DNA of 64,000 nt from Podarcis cretensis (GCA_951804945.1 OX638154.1:47492001-47556000); one strand, 5' to 3'. Numbered from the stretch's first letter, positions 14,101 to 25,523 are shown. Numbers and translations: made by a program. Notes: generated by a model from the letters alone, not told the origin.

Positions 14101-17100
14101 TAAGGTATATAGCCAGAGTCAGGACCAAGAATTTATGCATGCTGAGAGCATGTTAGTTCAGCATTCCCAATACCCCATAATCAAGAGGTGGAAATCATAC
14201 TGATCTCAGATTGTCCAACACTGGCCAATTCTGCTGAAAATAAGAGACCTTTCAGTACTTCTGTCTCTGCTTTTGGTTTAACTCAGCTTCTGTGCTGCAA
14301 TCTGCTATGGGAGCAGCCATTCAAGCACAGCCATATATCTGTGCTGGTCTTATATTTTGAGCAGCTGTGAAAAAGAGGAGGGCCCCAAGAGTCTTAATGC
14401 TGATCACCAAGAGACAACAGCTGCTTAGGATATCTGAGTCAGGCTAGGGAAGCATCTTGAATGTGAAATACATGCAGAACTAGGTTAGTAGAGTAAGAAG
14501 ATGCTGTGCTTTATGAGCATTTTCCCCCCTGTAAGACAGTGGACAGATAACAGCTCCTGGAGTTAACGGTGCAGGAGATTACCTACAAAAATACATTTAG
14601 GGTGCAATCCAAACCCTCAATCTGCCCTGCTGGAGGAGGATATTGGATGGGGTAGAAGTCTCCATCCACCCAGCCCATAATAGCTCTGCTAGCATGTGCA
14701 AAGAGAGCTCTGTCTGCTGAAGCCGCTGGCAGGTGGAAGTTCTGCCGGTGGGCTTCCAGCTTCTGGCAGCTTAGGGAAAGCCCCAAAATGGGGCGTTGAG
14801 GGGCAGGTGAGCTACTGAGCAGGCTCAGGATCTGCTGCATCCTTAGCCAGACTCACTGTTGCCCTTTGATGGCGTCAGGCGCCATCCAGGCTCTGTTCCT
14901 CCATCATATCTCACCACTGCTTGGCCGGGTTTGGATTCCTCTGCCACTCATGAAATATTGACAGAATCGGGGGTGTTGGCTATCTCCAGGTTTTGGAATA
15001 GAGAAGAAAACCAGGTCCTCATGCTTCATCAAATCTCCCGCACTCGGTATCTGTGGAAGGGGCTAATATGTGGAGCAACTTCTGTAAAATGGCTGCCAAC
15101 ACACAGCCGCAGGGCAGAGGGTCATCAGTTGGCAACCCTGCTCTGTCCCGAGTTCCCACCAGAAGATTTGGAGGCCTCTGGTCACTGCTGTGAGCAGCTC
15201 ACATGGCCCAGAGGAGTCCTGACTAATCCTCAAGGGCAGTCGCTATGCAAAAGACTCTTCAGCTGGCCCCACAGTGCAGAAGTCGGAGCTGGGGATGAAA
15301 AGCGCAGTGTGGCTGTGCCTGAAGGAAGAGGGACAACTGCCGCTGGCCTTTCTTCCAAAGGTCAAAGCTGCCTCCTCTGCAAGCCATGCCCGAAAGCAAT
15401 CTGTCATTTGAGATGTTCTGGGCTGCAAGTGTGATCACTCAGGCTTTATTGGGAGTGGAGTAAATATATAAAAGGTTACCCATCTGGCACTTCAGCCATG
15501 TGAGTCCCATTAAAGTCAGCAGGAAGGAACTTCACTGAAATACAGGGTGCAAGTTTGGCGCAGGGACTCTCTCTTTGGGGCTGCCTTGTCACAACCCATG
15601 GCTTAATCCTATACCTTAGTCCTGATTTTCACAGTATGGGAAGGCTCTCCAGGTGGTTGCCTCGCAGCCCCAATTTGGATGTAGGATATTGAAGGTTTAT
15701 CCATTCATACAGGCCACAATTCTTCTGGTATAGCACCACTTGCAAACCTGAAGTTCTACCCTCCAAGGGGAGGGGGAGAGGGGGAGAAAAGGCATTTGGG
15801 CTGGAATTTATCTGATCTCTACAACCAGCCCTTGTTAGATGAGCCTCTTCTCTTTCTTCCCTCTTTCTCTTGCTTTATCACCTTTGTTTTTCCTTCAGGA
15901 AAGAACATGTCATTTTGGCTTATGTTGTTTCTGAATGGCTCTAGATAAAACAAAAAGAAAATGTAGATGCAGTTTTTGGGGCAGGGATCTTGAAAGTACT
16001 CTGCCACTCTGCAGTTAGTGCAAGGCAGCTTTTCAATTGTGCAAGCATGCATTTCAAAAACCACATCGATACAGCATCTGTTTGCTTCTTTTTACAACAA
16101 CAAAAACCTCAGCTGAAGCATCACAGGTGTAGCAGACAACTAATTTGGAACTACTGCCCTCCCAAACTATTATTACTGTGGTTAATTATTATTATTGCAT
16201 TTATATGCCATCTTTTATCCAAGGAGCTCCAGGTGGCATACATGGTTCTACCCCCTCCTCATTTAATCCTGGCAACAACCCTCTGAGGAAGCTTAGGTTT
16301 AAAGGCAGCGACTGGTCAGGGAACTTCATGGCCAAGTGAGGATTTGAACTCTGGTCTCCAGCACTCTAACCACTACACCACAATGGCTCTCACGGGTTTA
16401 AGGATCAGGGATAAGAACAGACACTCTGCCCATGGACTATTCTGAGCTTTTAGCCTTTGGGACATGGCAAATTAAAACCCAAATAAACAAATAAACAATA
16501 ATGAGGGCTATTTTGGTACGATGCCGTCACACTTGTTCCTGCTTGGAATATCCTGCTCTAAAATATGCCGACAACAAGATCCGCTGTCTTAAGTATGCCA
16601 GACCTTGCTTTCGTTTTCCATGGTGTTTTATTTTAGGGCAATACCTATTGCCACACATGTGAAATCTGAGCAATGTGGGTAAGGGCCTGTGCTATTCTAG
16701 AACATGCAAAGCAGCAGATCTCATATATAAAGGAAAGGGTAAAGGGTAGATAATAAGACCACTTACCACTGCTTTAGTCCCAGTTACAGATGAGAGGGCA
16801 GCAGAGGTCGGGGGGACGGGACACAATAAAGCTTTAAGAACGCTTGTTAGTTTCCTGGTTTCAGGAACTGGTTTTTTATCTGATTGTCTTATTTAAAGGT
16901 TTGGGTTCTGCACAGGAACAGTTACTGACGCAGGTGGCGCTGTGGGTTAAAGCCTCAGCGCCTAGGACTTGCCGATCGAAAGGTCGGCAGTTCAAATCCC
17001 TGCGGCGGGGTGCGCTCCCGCTGCTCGGTCCCAGCGCCTGCCAACCTAGCAGTTCGAAAGCACCTCCGGGTGCAAATAGATAAATAGGGACCGCTTACCA

Positions 17101-20100
17101 GCGGGAAGGTAAACGGCGTTTCCGTGTGCGGCTCTGGCTCGCCAGAGCAGCGATGTCACGCTGGCCACGTGACCCGGAAGTGTCTCCGGACAGCGCTGGC
17201 CCCCGGCCTCTTGAGTGAGATGGGCGCACAACCCCAGAGTCTGTCAAGACTGGCCCGTATGGGCAGGGGTACCTTTACCTTTACCTTTATGGCAGGAGAG
17301 CCATGCCTTAAAATCAAACTGTTGCTGAATTCCTGTAAAGCAGGAGCTGGGATCAATTTGAAGTGCAGGAGGAGAACACTGAACTCATACTTTATTCTCT
17401 TAAAACAGCTCCCCTAGCCATTTCCCCCAGTGGAAATACTGGATGTAACTTCCACTGAGAGAGGCAGAGATAGGAAAAGCAGCTTCAGGTTAGGGGAGGA
17501 TTCAGCACTCACTTCTCTCACACACACACACCCATGCTGCACTTTAGGTCAATTGCCCCACGCTCCAGTTTATAGGATAGATTTCATATGAAGTACAGTG
17601 TTGGAATGGAGATGAAAGGAAAAGGCATTTCAGAGAGGTCAAGTACTGTTTTCTGATGCATGCCAGGGAACATGCTTGACTCCTGAAAGTCAAAGATCTA
17701 AATAGAACTAGCTAAGAACTGTCTGTAGCTTCCTATGCAACTACAAATGCTTTCGTAAGTTCTCTTCACACAATATAGCCACACTCCCCACAAAGAGCAG
17801 GTTCATAGTCTGAGGGTGCTTCTGGATCCATCTTTGTTGCTAGAGGCCCAGGTGACCTCCAAAGCTAAGTGTGCTTCACACAATACTGCTGGGACAGCTC
17901 AGCTGGTAGAGCATGAGATTCTTAATCTCAGTGTCCTGAGTTTGAGCCCCACTGTGGGCAAAAGATTCCTGCATTTTTTTGACCCTTGTGGTCCCTTCCA
18001 ACTCTACAATTCTGTGATTGTATCATAGCATCCCAAGAAACCACAGTAATTTCATATTTGCCCTAACCAAACGTAGGTAATGGCTTCACAAATTATCTAT
18101 AGCATACTAACCAAATTCACAAACAAAGGGTGGGATCCAACATTGCATTGTGATGAATGTTACATCTGCACAAGCATTTCAGCTTGCCAGATGGAGCAAC
18201 CCCCCTCACCCCACCTCACATTATTAGGGGTTCCCCTGACTTCTCCAGAGCTAATTTGGGGGGGGTCCATTGGGGGAGGCGAATCCCTGTTGTGCAAATG
18301 GGGCTTATTAGGTGAATTCCACCCTAAGTAATTTGGAGGAAACCAATATTTGCAGAGGTTCTCAGCGGAAGTAAATTGGAACGGTGACTGACTGTCTCGT
18401 TAAAAGTGCTTAATTGTGAACTTTTTTTGCTCCTCCCAGCACCAATATACTGAACTTATATCTCTCACATTTTCATTTTTGTCTTTCCTTTAAAGGTATT
18501 GTTTCTGTACACCTCAAGAAGGACAGCATGGGCAATTTGAGCCTCATAGCCTGCCCACAAACGGATAACCGCAGTTCCCTGGACAATGCCTCCAAGGAGT
18601 CTTCAATGACAATTTGGCAGAAGCTCAACCAGGCAAACACCAGCAGTGGTGACCACACGTTTGTCAAATGGAATCATGGCCCACTCACAAACACCGCCAA
18701 GGACAGGTAAGGAGCCCACCTCCAGCAAAACATGCACCTGTGCAATTCCCTTGCTTCACAAAGCAGCAGTGAACACACCTGGGTTGATCTCAGGTTGTCC
18801 TCATCATCAAGGGTAGCTCAAGAAATGGGAATTCCACATGGAAATAGGAACTGCACTTAACATTAGTCTATCCCAAGGGATGCAAAAGCACTGAGAGCAA
18901 TTGGAAACGCATTCAGCTTTCACACCGAGGGAAGTAACTCTTTTCAGTGGCAAAGTCCTTGTTTAAAGCATCACATGTTGAACAGAAGTTAGTGCACTTG
19001 GCTTCAGTAAGGGGCCATATCTCCTTCCCTCATAAACTAAACCAGGAATGAAGAACCATGTTGTCTGAGGGCTGCATTCCTGTCTGGGCAACCTTCCATG
19101 GCAGTAGTGGTTGGGGCCAGAGGGAAAATTGGACATGGCAATGGTATATATGGTAACATATATGTTACCTTTGTTGGGTAGTTTCTGCACACACCTTTTT
19201 ATTCTCTATGCAGACATGCAAGAGGCATCATCAGAGTTCAAGGACACATTCCAGCCAGGCTTAGAAATATGCACTAAGTTTTACTGGTGTCACTGGCACT
19301 TACACATGTTGAATTTACACAATTTCAACTTTGCATGATTGCAAACAAACCGGTCGAAATCACACAAATCAAATGCATGGAACGCAGAGAGCTTCAGAGC
19401 TCTTTCTGTGCAGGGTTTTCCCAGTGCATATAAAAATCCACTTGAGAGCCTCTAGGGCAAGGTGGAGAGCTTAAAAGCCTTGCTGGGAGGGTGGGAGGTA
19501 AGACCAGCATGCCATCTCCATAAGGTAAGATTGCCCATGTGGCAGTTCCAAAGGGTTGCTTGGACTATACATGCTTTTGTGTATACATGCCATCTCCAGA
19601 ACGTAACCCCTGTGAGTTACCTGCAAACATGTTTAGGGTCAGATGATAGGCTATTACTTCTAGATAGTAGGCTAATCATATCCCCCCTCCTTTTTCTTTT
19701 TCTTTTGCATTGTGCGTAGCTGCCAGGGGAAAGCGGTATTACAGACAGACCTTCAGTACCACAGAGACGTGTCTTCAATTATGGAGGATGCCAATGGGAA
19801 CCAGCCAGAAAAGAACAGCTATAATCCCTGGGGACTGTACTGCCATAAACAGCATCTAAACCGCATGTCTTCGAAGTATAATGAGAACAAACTTCATCGT
19901 ATCTTTTTCCTAGCTGTTTTTCTACATTTTATTTTATTTTTATAATCCCAAGGTTGCAATGCAGAACTCCCAGTATCCCTTTCACTTTTAATAATAGATG
20001 AGCATTTCAACATACATATATATATTGTGGATAACTTGTTCTAATTTTAGGCTCTAGCAGTACTGGATAAAGTAGAAATACATAAGGAACAATCCCGTAC

Positions 20101-22092
20101 AATTTAGTCATAATAAGTAATGATATTTGTTTCAGTGGGACTAGGGCTGGAACACTTACTTGGGAGTAAGTGCATGGAACTCAATCAGACATACTTACAA
20201 GCAGGCAAGTATCACAGTGTTAGTCACAACTAATATATGCTGGATTTTGCCCATATTCCCAAGATCTGTATGAACCTTGTCTCAAAAATACTGAAACAAT
20301 AAATCGAAAAAATGCAAATAAATGTTTATTTATATTATTTCTAGTCCACCTTATAACAGAAGTTCTCTGTCACAATGTGCCATGTTCACAAAATTGGAGG
20401 GAGGAGAATTGCATCTCATAGATTTTTAGCTTCACTCTTTTATTTCATGTATAGGAAGCTGAGTTTCAGAATATGAAAACCTGAGTTTTGCACTCCTCTA
20501 ATATCACTTTGACAATATTTAAAAGCTATGCATTCAAATGTAAAAGTTTCAAAGGGAAGTTTTAAGCAGTCTGGATTTGCTCTGATTTTCCTTTCAGCTC
20601 CACTTTATGTCACTCAGTGAAAAAGGGGGGAAAAAGAGTCTACATGCACAAAAATCTGTCTGAAGTCATGTAAGACCCAGCTCCTGATACACATCTCAAA
20701 GCCCAATCATGTAATAAGAACTTCCTAGCAACCTTTATGCATTGGTTGGTGTCCTTTATACCTGGAAAGCCCCCACCAGCCTTTAGCAGTGACTGAAAAT
20801 GATGGACAGCTCAGAGGCAGTAGAACACCCCCAGGATAAATGAGTTGAGATGGAAACAAAAAGCTGGTCAGGGGAGCTAGCGCAGGTGGACTGCAAAGTT
20901 TTGCTACAGTTGTAAACCTAAGTAAAAAAATTGATTTCCTTAACTCATGTGTCCAGAATTTTTGTTGCTTGAAAATGTGGTATCCAAATATAAATGCCCT
21001 TGCATTCTGGACTTAAAGATGGGAACCAGACAGCATGGTGATGATGCATCAGAAGAGAAGAAAGCACGCCAAATAAAGAAGTGTGAACAGAGCACATCAG
21101 CATCCCTTGGAGCCCGTATTTGTGGGATGCAGGTAAGAACAGCTCATTCTAGTGTTTCAGAATAAGAAAAGAAGCACACAGGTGTGTCATCAGAGAGTAC
21201 ATTCTTCAACAAAGAAATAGGGATTGGAATGAAACTATAATATATACCAACTGAGAATGTAGTGTTAGAAAAAATAACATTATTGATTTTACAGCTCAGC
21301 TTTAGCCTGACTATTTCCTTTGTAAAAAAAAAAAATTGAGATAATAAACCTGAAATATTTGTTGATTTGTGAAGGTTGTCTGGCATAGAAAGGTGAAAGA
21401 TACCTCCTAAATATTATAGCTTTAAAAAAAAAACACTTCCTACTTCTTTATGCAAAAACAGAGTACAGTCCTCATGTTGTTGAAAACCAATAACAAAATC
21501 CCCTCAGAGTAGCTGTTGTTGCTAAAACAATTAAGATTCCTGTAACACCCTAAAAATAAGAACAGCCTATCGAAAATAACTTCTCAAACGTCTAATGTGT
21601 TGTCCTTTGTTCTTTTTCCCCAAGGTCTACCAGGCAGACACTGTTCAATATCTCTGCAAAGATAAGTACTATGGGCGAAAACTCTCACCAGACGGCTTCA
21701 GGCAAGCCCTCTTGCAGTTCCTTCATAATGGGAATCGCCTCCGAACAGATCTTGTGGAACCCATTGTGTCTCAGTTGAAGGCTCTGCTGTCAGTCATCAA
21801 AAAGCAGAACTCTTACCGGTTCTACTCCAGCTCGCTTCTCATAAACTATGAGGGTCTGGAGAAAGCAACGCCTTCAGACAATCACCCTCAGGGACACTGT
21901 CAGCATACTAGCTGCTCTGTTCCACATGGAAACAGCCACCCCAAAGTGGATGTCCGTATGATAGACTTTGCTCATACAACCAACAAAGGCTCTAGGTTTA
22001 ATCACACCATCTATGAGGGACCAGATCATGGCTACATTTTCGGTCTAGAAAACCTAATAAAAACTTTTCAGAGTATCTCTGTGGGAGAATGA
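7997..22092 (+). CDS. IP6K3: Inositol hexakisphosphate kinase 3, complete spliced CDS join(7997..8195,18496..18706,19720..19898,20957..21132,21625..22092), 410 aa
   Basis: Starts [11 protein letters not shown]...[11 protein letters not shown] (IP6K3-type N-terminus). Has the PCILDLKMG (PxxxDxKxG), SSSLL and MIDFAH motifs and ends [19 protein letters not shown]. Exon lengths 199+211+179+176+468=1233 nt, phases consistent, all GT-AG. Lies next to UQCC2 and ITPR3 as in mammals. Confidence 0.96.
9716..9956. mobile_element. Tc1/mariner (pogo/Tigger-like) MITE
   Basis: TIRs CAGTGATACCTCAGTTT / AAACTGAGGTACCACTG with TA on both flanks. Confidence 0.88.
10519..10726. mobile_element. Tc1/mariner (pogo/Tigger-like) MITE, related to the 9716 copy, with a deletion in the right TIR
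   Basis: TA|CAGTGGTACCTCGGGTT ... TACCACTG|TA; shares internal blocks (gggaggcc.cattag, ttaagaac). Confidence 0.85.
11440..11900 (+). mobile_element. L2-type LINE 3' fragment (decayed)
   Basis: Translates [17 protein letters not shown], resembling the L2 ORF2 C-terminal LHWLP..FKvLvLtFK block, followed by a T-rich 3' UTR. Confidence 0.65.
16180..16390 (-). mobile_element. MIR/Ther1-derived SINE (Squam3-like); a similar fragment lies near 63250-63400
   Basis: Minus strand begins gagccattgtggtgtagtggttagagtg (tRNA-like head); CORE-like aatcct..caacaaccct.tgagg; (TAA)n tail. Confidence 0.65.
16927..17288 (+). mobile_element. Sauria SINE, near full length
   Basis: tRNA-related head (ggtggcgctgtgggttaaa...gttcaaatccc), diagnostic ccaacctagcagttcgaaagc, (ACCTTT)n tail. 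Confidence 0.92.
17889..18020 (+). mobile_element. tRNA(Lys)-derived SINE with a CR1-type tail
   Basis: agctcagctggtagagcatgagattcttaatctcag head; ggtcccttccaactctacaattctgtgatt CR1 3' end. Confidence 0.75.
18496..18706 (+). CDS. IP6K3: IP6K3 coding exon 2 ([17 protein letters not shown]...TAKD)
   Basis: Acceptor tttaaag|GT, donor AG|gtaagg; phase 1 in, phase 2 out. Confidence 0.93.
19720..19898 (+). CDS. IP6K3: IP6K3 coding exon 3 (SCQGKAVLQ...[16 protein letters not shown]...NKLH)
   Basis: Pyrimidine tract plus tag acceptor; NPWGLxCH motif; donor C|gtatcttt (U12-type). Confidence 0.93.
19899..20956 (+). other. IP6K3: U12-type (minor spliceosome) GT-AG intron in IP6K3
   Basis: 5' splice site GTATCTTT; branch site TTTCCTTAAC at 20935-20944, ending 12 nt before the exon; no polypyrimidine tract. 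Confidence 0.88.
20957..21132 (+). CDS. IP6K3: IP6K3 coding exon 4 (FLLLENVV...[17 protein letters not shown]...ICGMQ)
   Basis: Contains the PxxxDxKxG inositol-phosphate-binding motif; acceptor ccag preceded by TTTCCTTAAC; donor CAG|gtaaga. Confidence 0.96.
21625..22092 (+). CDS. IP6K3: IP6K3 last coding exon (VYQAD...SSSLL...IDFAH...VGE*)
   Basis: Acceptor ttccccaag|GTC; within ORF-track 21595..22092; TGA at 22090-22092. Confidence 0.96.
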   Translation, partial: VYQADTVQYLCKDKYYGRKLSPDGFRQALLQFLHNGNRLRTDLVEPIVSQLKALLSVIKKQNSYRFYSSSLLINYEGLEKATPSDNHPQGHCQHTSCSVPHGNSHPKVDVRMIDFAHTTNKGSRFNHTIYEGPDHGYIFGLENLIKTFQSISVGE

Positions 22093-22507
22093 CAACGACT
22101 GAACTACGGAGAGACCTTGTGGTTGTAAAAGGCACACCCCGTACTTCAGAGCAATGGCTCTCCCAGCAACTATGTCACAGCCAGAGTTTTCAGGGGGTGA
22201 ACTGATGGCATATTAGGAAAATCTCTGAAGATACTAAATGCTACTGTGGATTACACAGAATCCATCATACCTGCGATCCATAAGAAGGTTATTGCCCTTC
22301 TTTAACGTTGTCCATTCTCAGCTAGAAGGAAATGTTACTTGAAAATCATTTTAGGACTTGTTCATAAAGTACCATTTAGACTTGCAAGGCCGACAGAGGC
22401 CAAACACATGCCGTGCTCATGAAAAGGGTGGTGTAGATAGTTTAGCAAGTCCTGAAAAACCTCCAGCTTTGCATTTTAATTCACTGTTTGATGGGCCAAG
22501 GACTTTC

Positions 22508-22513
22508 AATAAA
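22508..22513 (+). terminator. IP6K3: Candidate IP6K3 polyadenylation signal AATAAA (others at 22690 and 24267)
   Basis: First AATAAA after the stop codon; which signal is used is unknown. Confidence 0.4.
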
Positions 22514-22925
22514 GCAATCATATGACAACCATGCTCCACAGGCTCAGCCGCCACCAAACTCTGGCACTTTAAAAATGGGCTGTAGATCAATTCCTTGATT
22601 CTTTATATTCCATACCAGAGTGTGTGTGGGGGGGGGGAGTATTCTCCAAGGAATCTATGTGTCAGCCGAAAGGAGTGAGTGAGTAAAGCAATAAAAAGCA
22701 GGCGCAGAAGCAGGCAGGGGCGAGATAGCCCCTCCTGGAATAAGGCAGTGCTTTCCAAGGTTCTCTGATGGAAGAGCTAGAAGGGTTGTTACGGAGAGGG
22801 TGCAAAATCTGTGGAATAACAGCCATAAATGAATTCATGTCATGGCTTTTTATATTGGAGAGACGTCACCTGAGGAATTAGACAGGCCTTGAAGACATGT
22901 GTGCACAGATATCAGGGTTAGGGCC

Positions 22926-23411
22926 CAGAGGCGGAGCTAGCTGCTCCGGCACCCAGAGCGGCACACATGCTGTGCACCTGGGGGCAGGCCCATGGGGGCG
23001 GGGCAAGCATCTCAAGGGGAGAGATGCCCATGGGGGCAGAGTGAGCTGCCCATGGGGGGTGGAGCGAGCCGCCCATAGCGGGCTGCTTACAGGGGGAGAA
23101 GGGACCCGCGCCACTTTGCCAGGAGCCTTCCTCCCTTCCCTCTACCTTTTGCCAGCTTGGGGGAGGCTCCCCCCCCAGGAAGCGGTCTGGTAGCAGGGGG
23201 CAATGGCGCACCACCCAAACGCAACTCCCAAACCTCCCCCAAGTTGTCAAAACGAAGGGGGAAGGCCGCTAGCAAGGCAGCGCACCTCCGCCCCTTCCCC
23301 CAACGGCTCGGGGTAGGCTTGGGAGTCACGGGTGGCCGCCACGTCGAATGTCACCCTCCTCAGTGATGACACCTGAGGCGGTCTGCCCCCGGCCCCCTTC
23401 CTCTGCCCCTG
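22926..23411. mobile_element. GC-rich non-autonomous hAT element
   Basis: Imperfect TIRs CAGAGGCGGAG / CTCTGCCCCTG; 8-bp TSD TTAGGGCC / TTAGTGCC (7 of 8 match). Confidence 0.75.
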
Positions 23412-24393
23412 TTAGTGCCCAAGTGTCATCTAGATGTTTTGTGTTACATTTCTGTGCATGTGTGTGCACGCCGACAAAACTTGACAAAATGTTTACAGAC
23501 TTTGTGAATCTTTGTGAATATGGAACCACCATATAATCGATTCCTTCCTGTGTCTTATGTCACATGGGGAAACTGTTAGAATATGTTTAAATAGAGAGAA
23601 GCCCAAAATGGGAATGTCAAACTGTAAATAAATTGCATAGGCCGTGTAACAAACTGGTTAAGTCTGTGTTTCCTTTCTGCTGTTTCTTAAAGATCTGTTG
23701 GCATTTGCATAATTGCTGTAAAAATCATCGTTTCCCCTCGTTTAAATTTCAGGCCTCCAGGGAAATCCTTTTGCTGCCTATGTGTTGCCTGTGGCTTGCG
23801 AATAGCCGCAGATTGTGACAGGAAGATTAAATCATTAGGCCCAGTACATGCTCCGCTTAGACTGCTCTCCAGCTGCAGGAAATTGCTAAAAGAAGTAGTT
23901 CACAATACCAAATATTGCTAACATGCAACTGACAGCGAGCATCCGGAGCAGAAGCATTTGAGGTGTCAAAGTCTCCAGGCACAAATAGCTGTTGTCTTCA
24001 TTTGCACTTCTCATAGAATTCAAATCCTTGTTACATGTAAAAAGAAAAAAGAATCACTCTTCCCCACCCCTTCAAAAAGTAATTAATGCAAATCGAAGTT
24101 TCCAGAGGGATAGCCATTTTAGTTGCTGCAAAAATAACCAAGAGTATTGTGGGGACTTAAAAGCTACAGGTGCCATCTGGCAATGTAGTACTCAGAGCAG
24201 TCATATGGAAGCCGCATACACATTTAAAAAAGCTGTGAAAATGCTTTTTTAAAAAATGTTTTGAAAAATAAATTGAATTTTGCATAGCTCAGTCTCCCCA
24301 TCTCGTGTCACACTTGTATATTGCACTTTACAACACATTTAAAATGTTTTATTTGCAGAGTAAACCCACTGAAATCCATGCACTTAAGTTAGC

Positions 24394-24740
24394 GGGTGGT
24401 GCTGTGGGTAAAACCTCAGCGCCTAGGACTTGCCAATCGCATGGTCGGCGGTTCGAATCCCCGCGGCGGGGTGCGCTCCCGTCGTTCGGTCCCAGCGCCT
24501 GCCAACCTAGCAGTTCGAAAGCACCCCCGGGTGCAAATAGATAAATAGGGACCGCTTACCAGCGGGAAGGTAAATGGCGTTCCGTGTGCTGCGCTGGCTC
24601 GCCAGATGCAGCTTGTCACGCTGGCCACGTGACCCGGAAGTGTCTGCGGACAGCGCTGGCTCCCAGACTATAGAGTGAGATGAGTGCACAACCCTAGAGT
24701 CTGTCAAGACTGGCCCGTACGGGCAGGGGTACTTTTACCT
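24394..24740 (+). mobile_element. Sauria SINE, same subfamily as the 16927 copy
   Basis: Highly similar to the 16927 copy; perfect 10-bp TSD TTAAGTTAGC at 24384-24393 and 24741-24750. Confidence 0.93.
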
Positions 24741-24807
24741 TTAAGTTAGCCAAGTTATATCTATTGATTTTAATGGGTCTACTGTGACCACCAGATACCA
24801 TCCTAAC

Positions 24808-24987
24808 CAGTGGCGTAGTGTGGGGGGTGCAGGGGGGGCCGGCCGCACCGGGCGCAACATCTGGGGGTTAGGGAAATCCACGGGTTAGGGGGCGCAAATC
24901 CACGGGTTAGGGGGCACAAATCCATGGGTTAGGGGGCGCAAATTACTTGCCTTGCCCCGGGTGCTGATAACCCACGCTACGCCACTG
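24808..24987. mobile_element. hAT MITE (180 bp) with an internal GGGTTAGGG-containing tandem repeat
   Basis: TIRs CAGTGGCGTAGTGTGGG / CCCACGCTACGCCACTG; perfect 8-bp TSD ATCCTAAC. Confidence 0.9.
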
Positions 24988-25427
24988 ATCCTAACACATT
25001 TTATTATGGCATGGAGTTTCATGGACTTGAGCCCACATCATCAGATGCAAATGTAGTTCATTTTCTGCCAAGAGTCAGACAACAACTGTGCATTTCACAT
25101 ATTGTGGGCTATCCAACTAGCCCTTCTGTGTTAACCATATGATTGCATCTTGGAAAGAAGAGCCTTAAAATTATGTGTGGCTGTGCAGACTAAGACTGCA
25201 ATTCTGTCAACATTCACTTCACAGTGAATCCCAATGAATTCTTACTTTGGAGTAAGCATGAATAGGATGGTATAGCATAGGTGCGGTCCTGAACTTGCTT
25301 CCGAAAGACTAAGTCCCACTGCATTAAATGAGACTCACTTCTGAATTAACCCCTAAAACGTACTATGCATCTCATAGAGGGGAGTAAGAAAAAGATCGCC
25401 TCCAACTAGTCATGTAAAGCACGTGGC

Positions 25428-25523
25428 TTCCCCCAAAGAATACTGGGAATTTGAGTTTGTTAAGGGTACTGGGAATTGCTGCTCTGTGAAGGATAAACTA
25501 CAATTCCCAGAATTCTTTGGGAG
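25428..25523. mobile_element. Short palindromic MITE-like element
   Basis: Inverted arms cccaaagaatactgggaatttgagttt / aaactacaattcccagaattctttggg. Confidence 0.65.

Noticed and set aside
14859-15434. 191-aa ORF on + inside the long IP6K3 intron
   Set aside because: Non-ATG start, no recognisable domain or supporting splice pattern; a length reachable by chance in GC-richer DNA.
17889-17960. Possible tRNA-Lys gene (also 32295-32366)
   Set aside because: Stems are degenerate and it continues into a CR1-type tail, so it is a SINE head.
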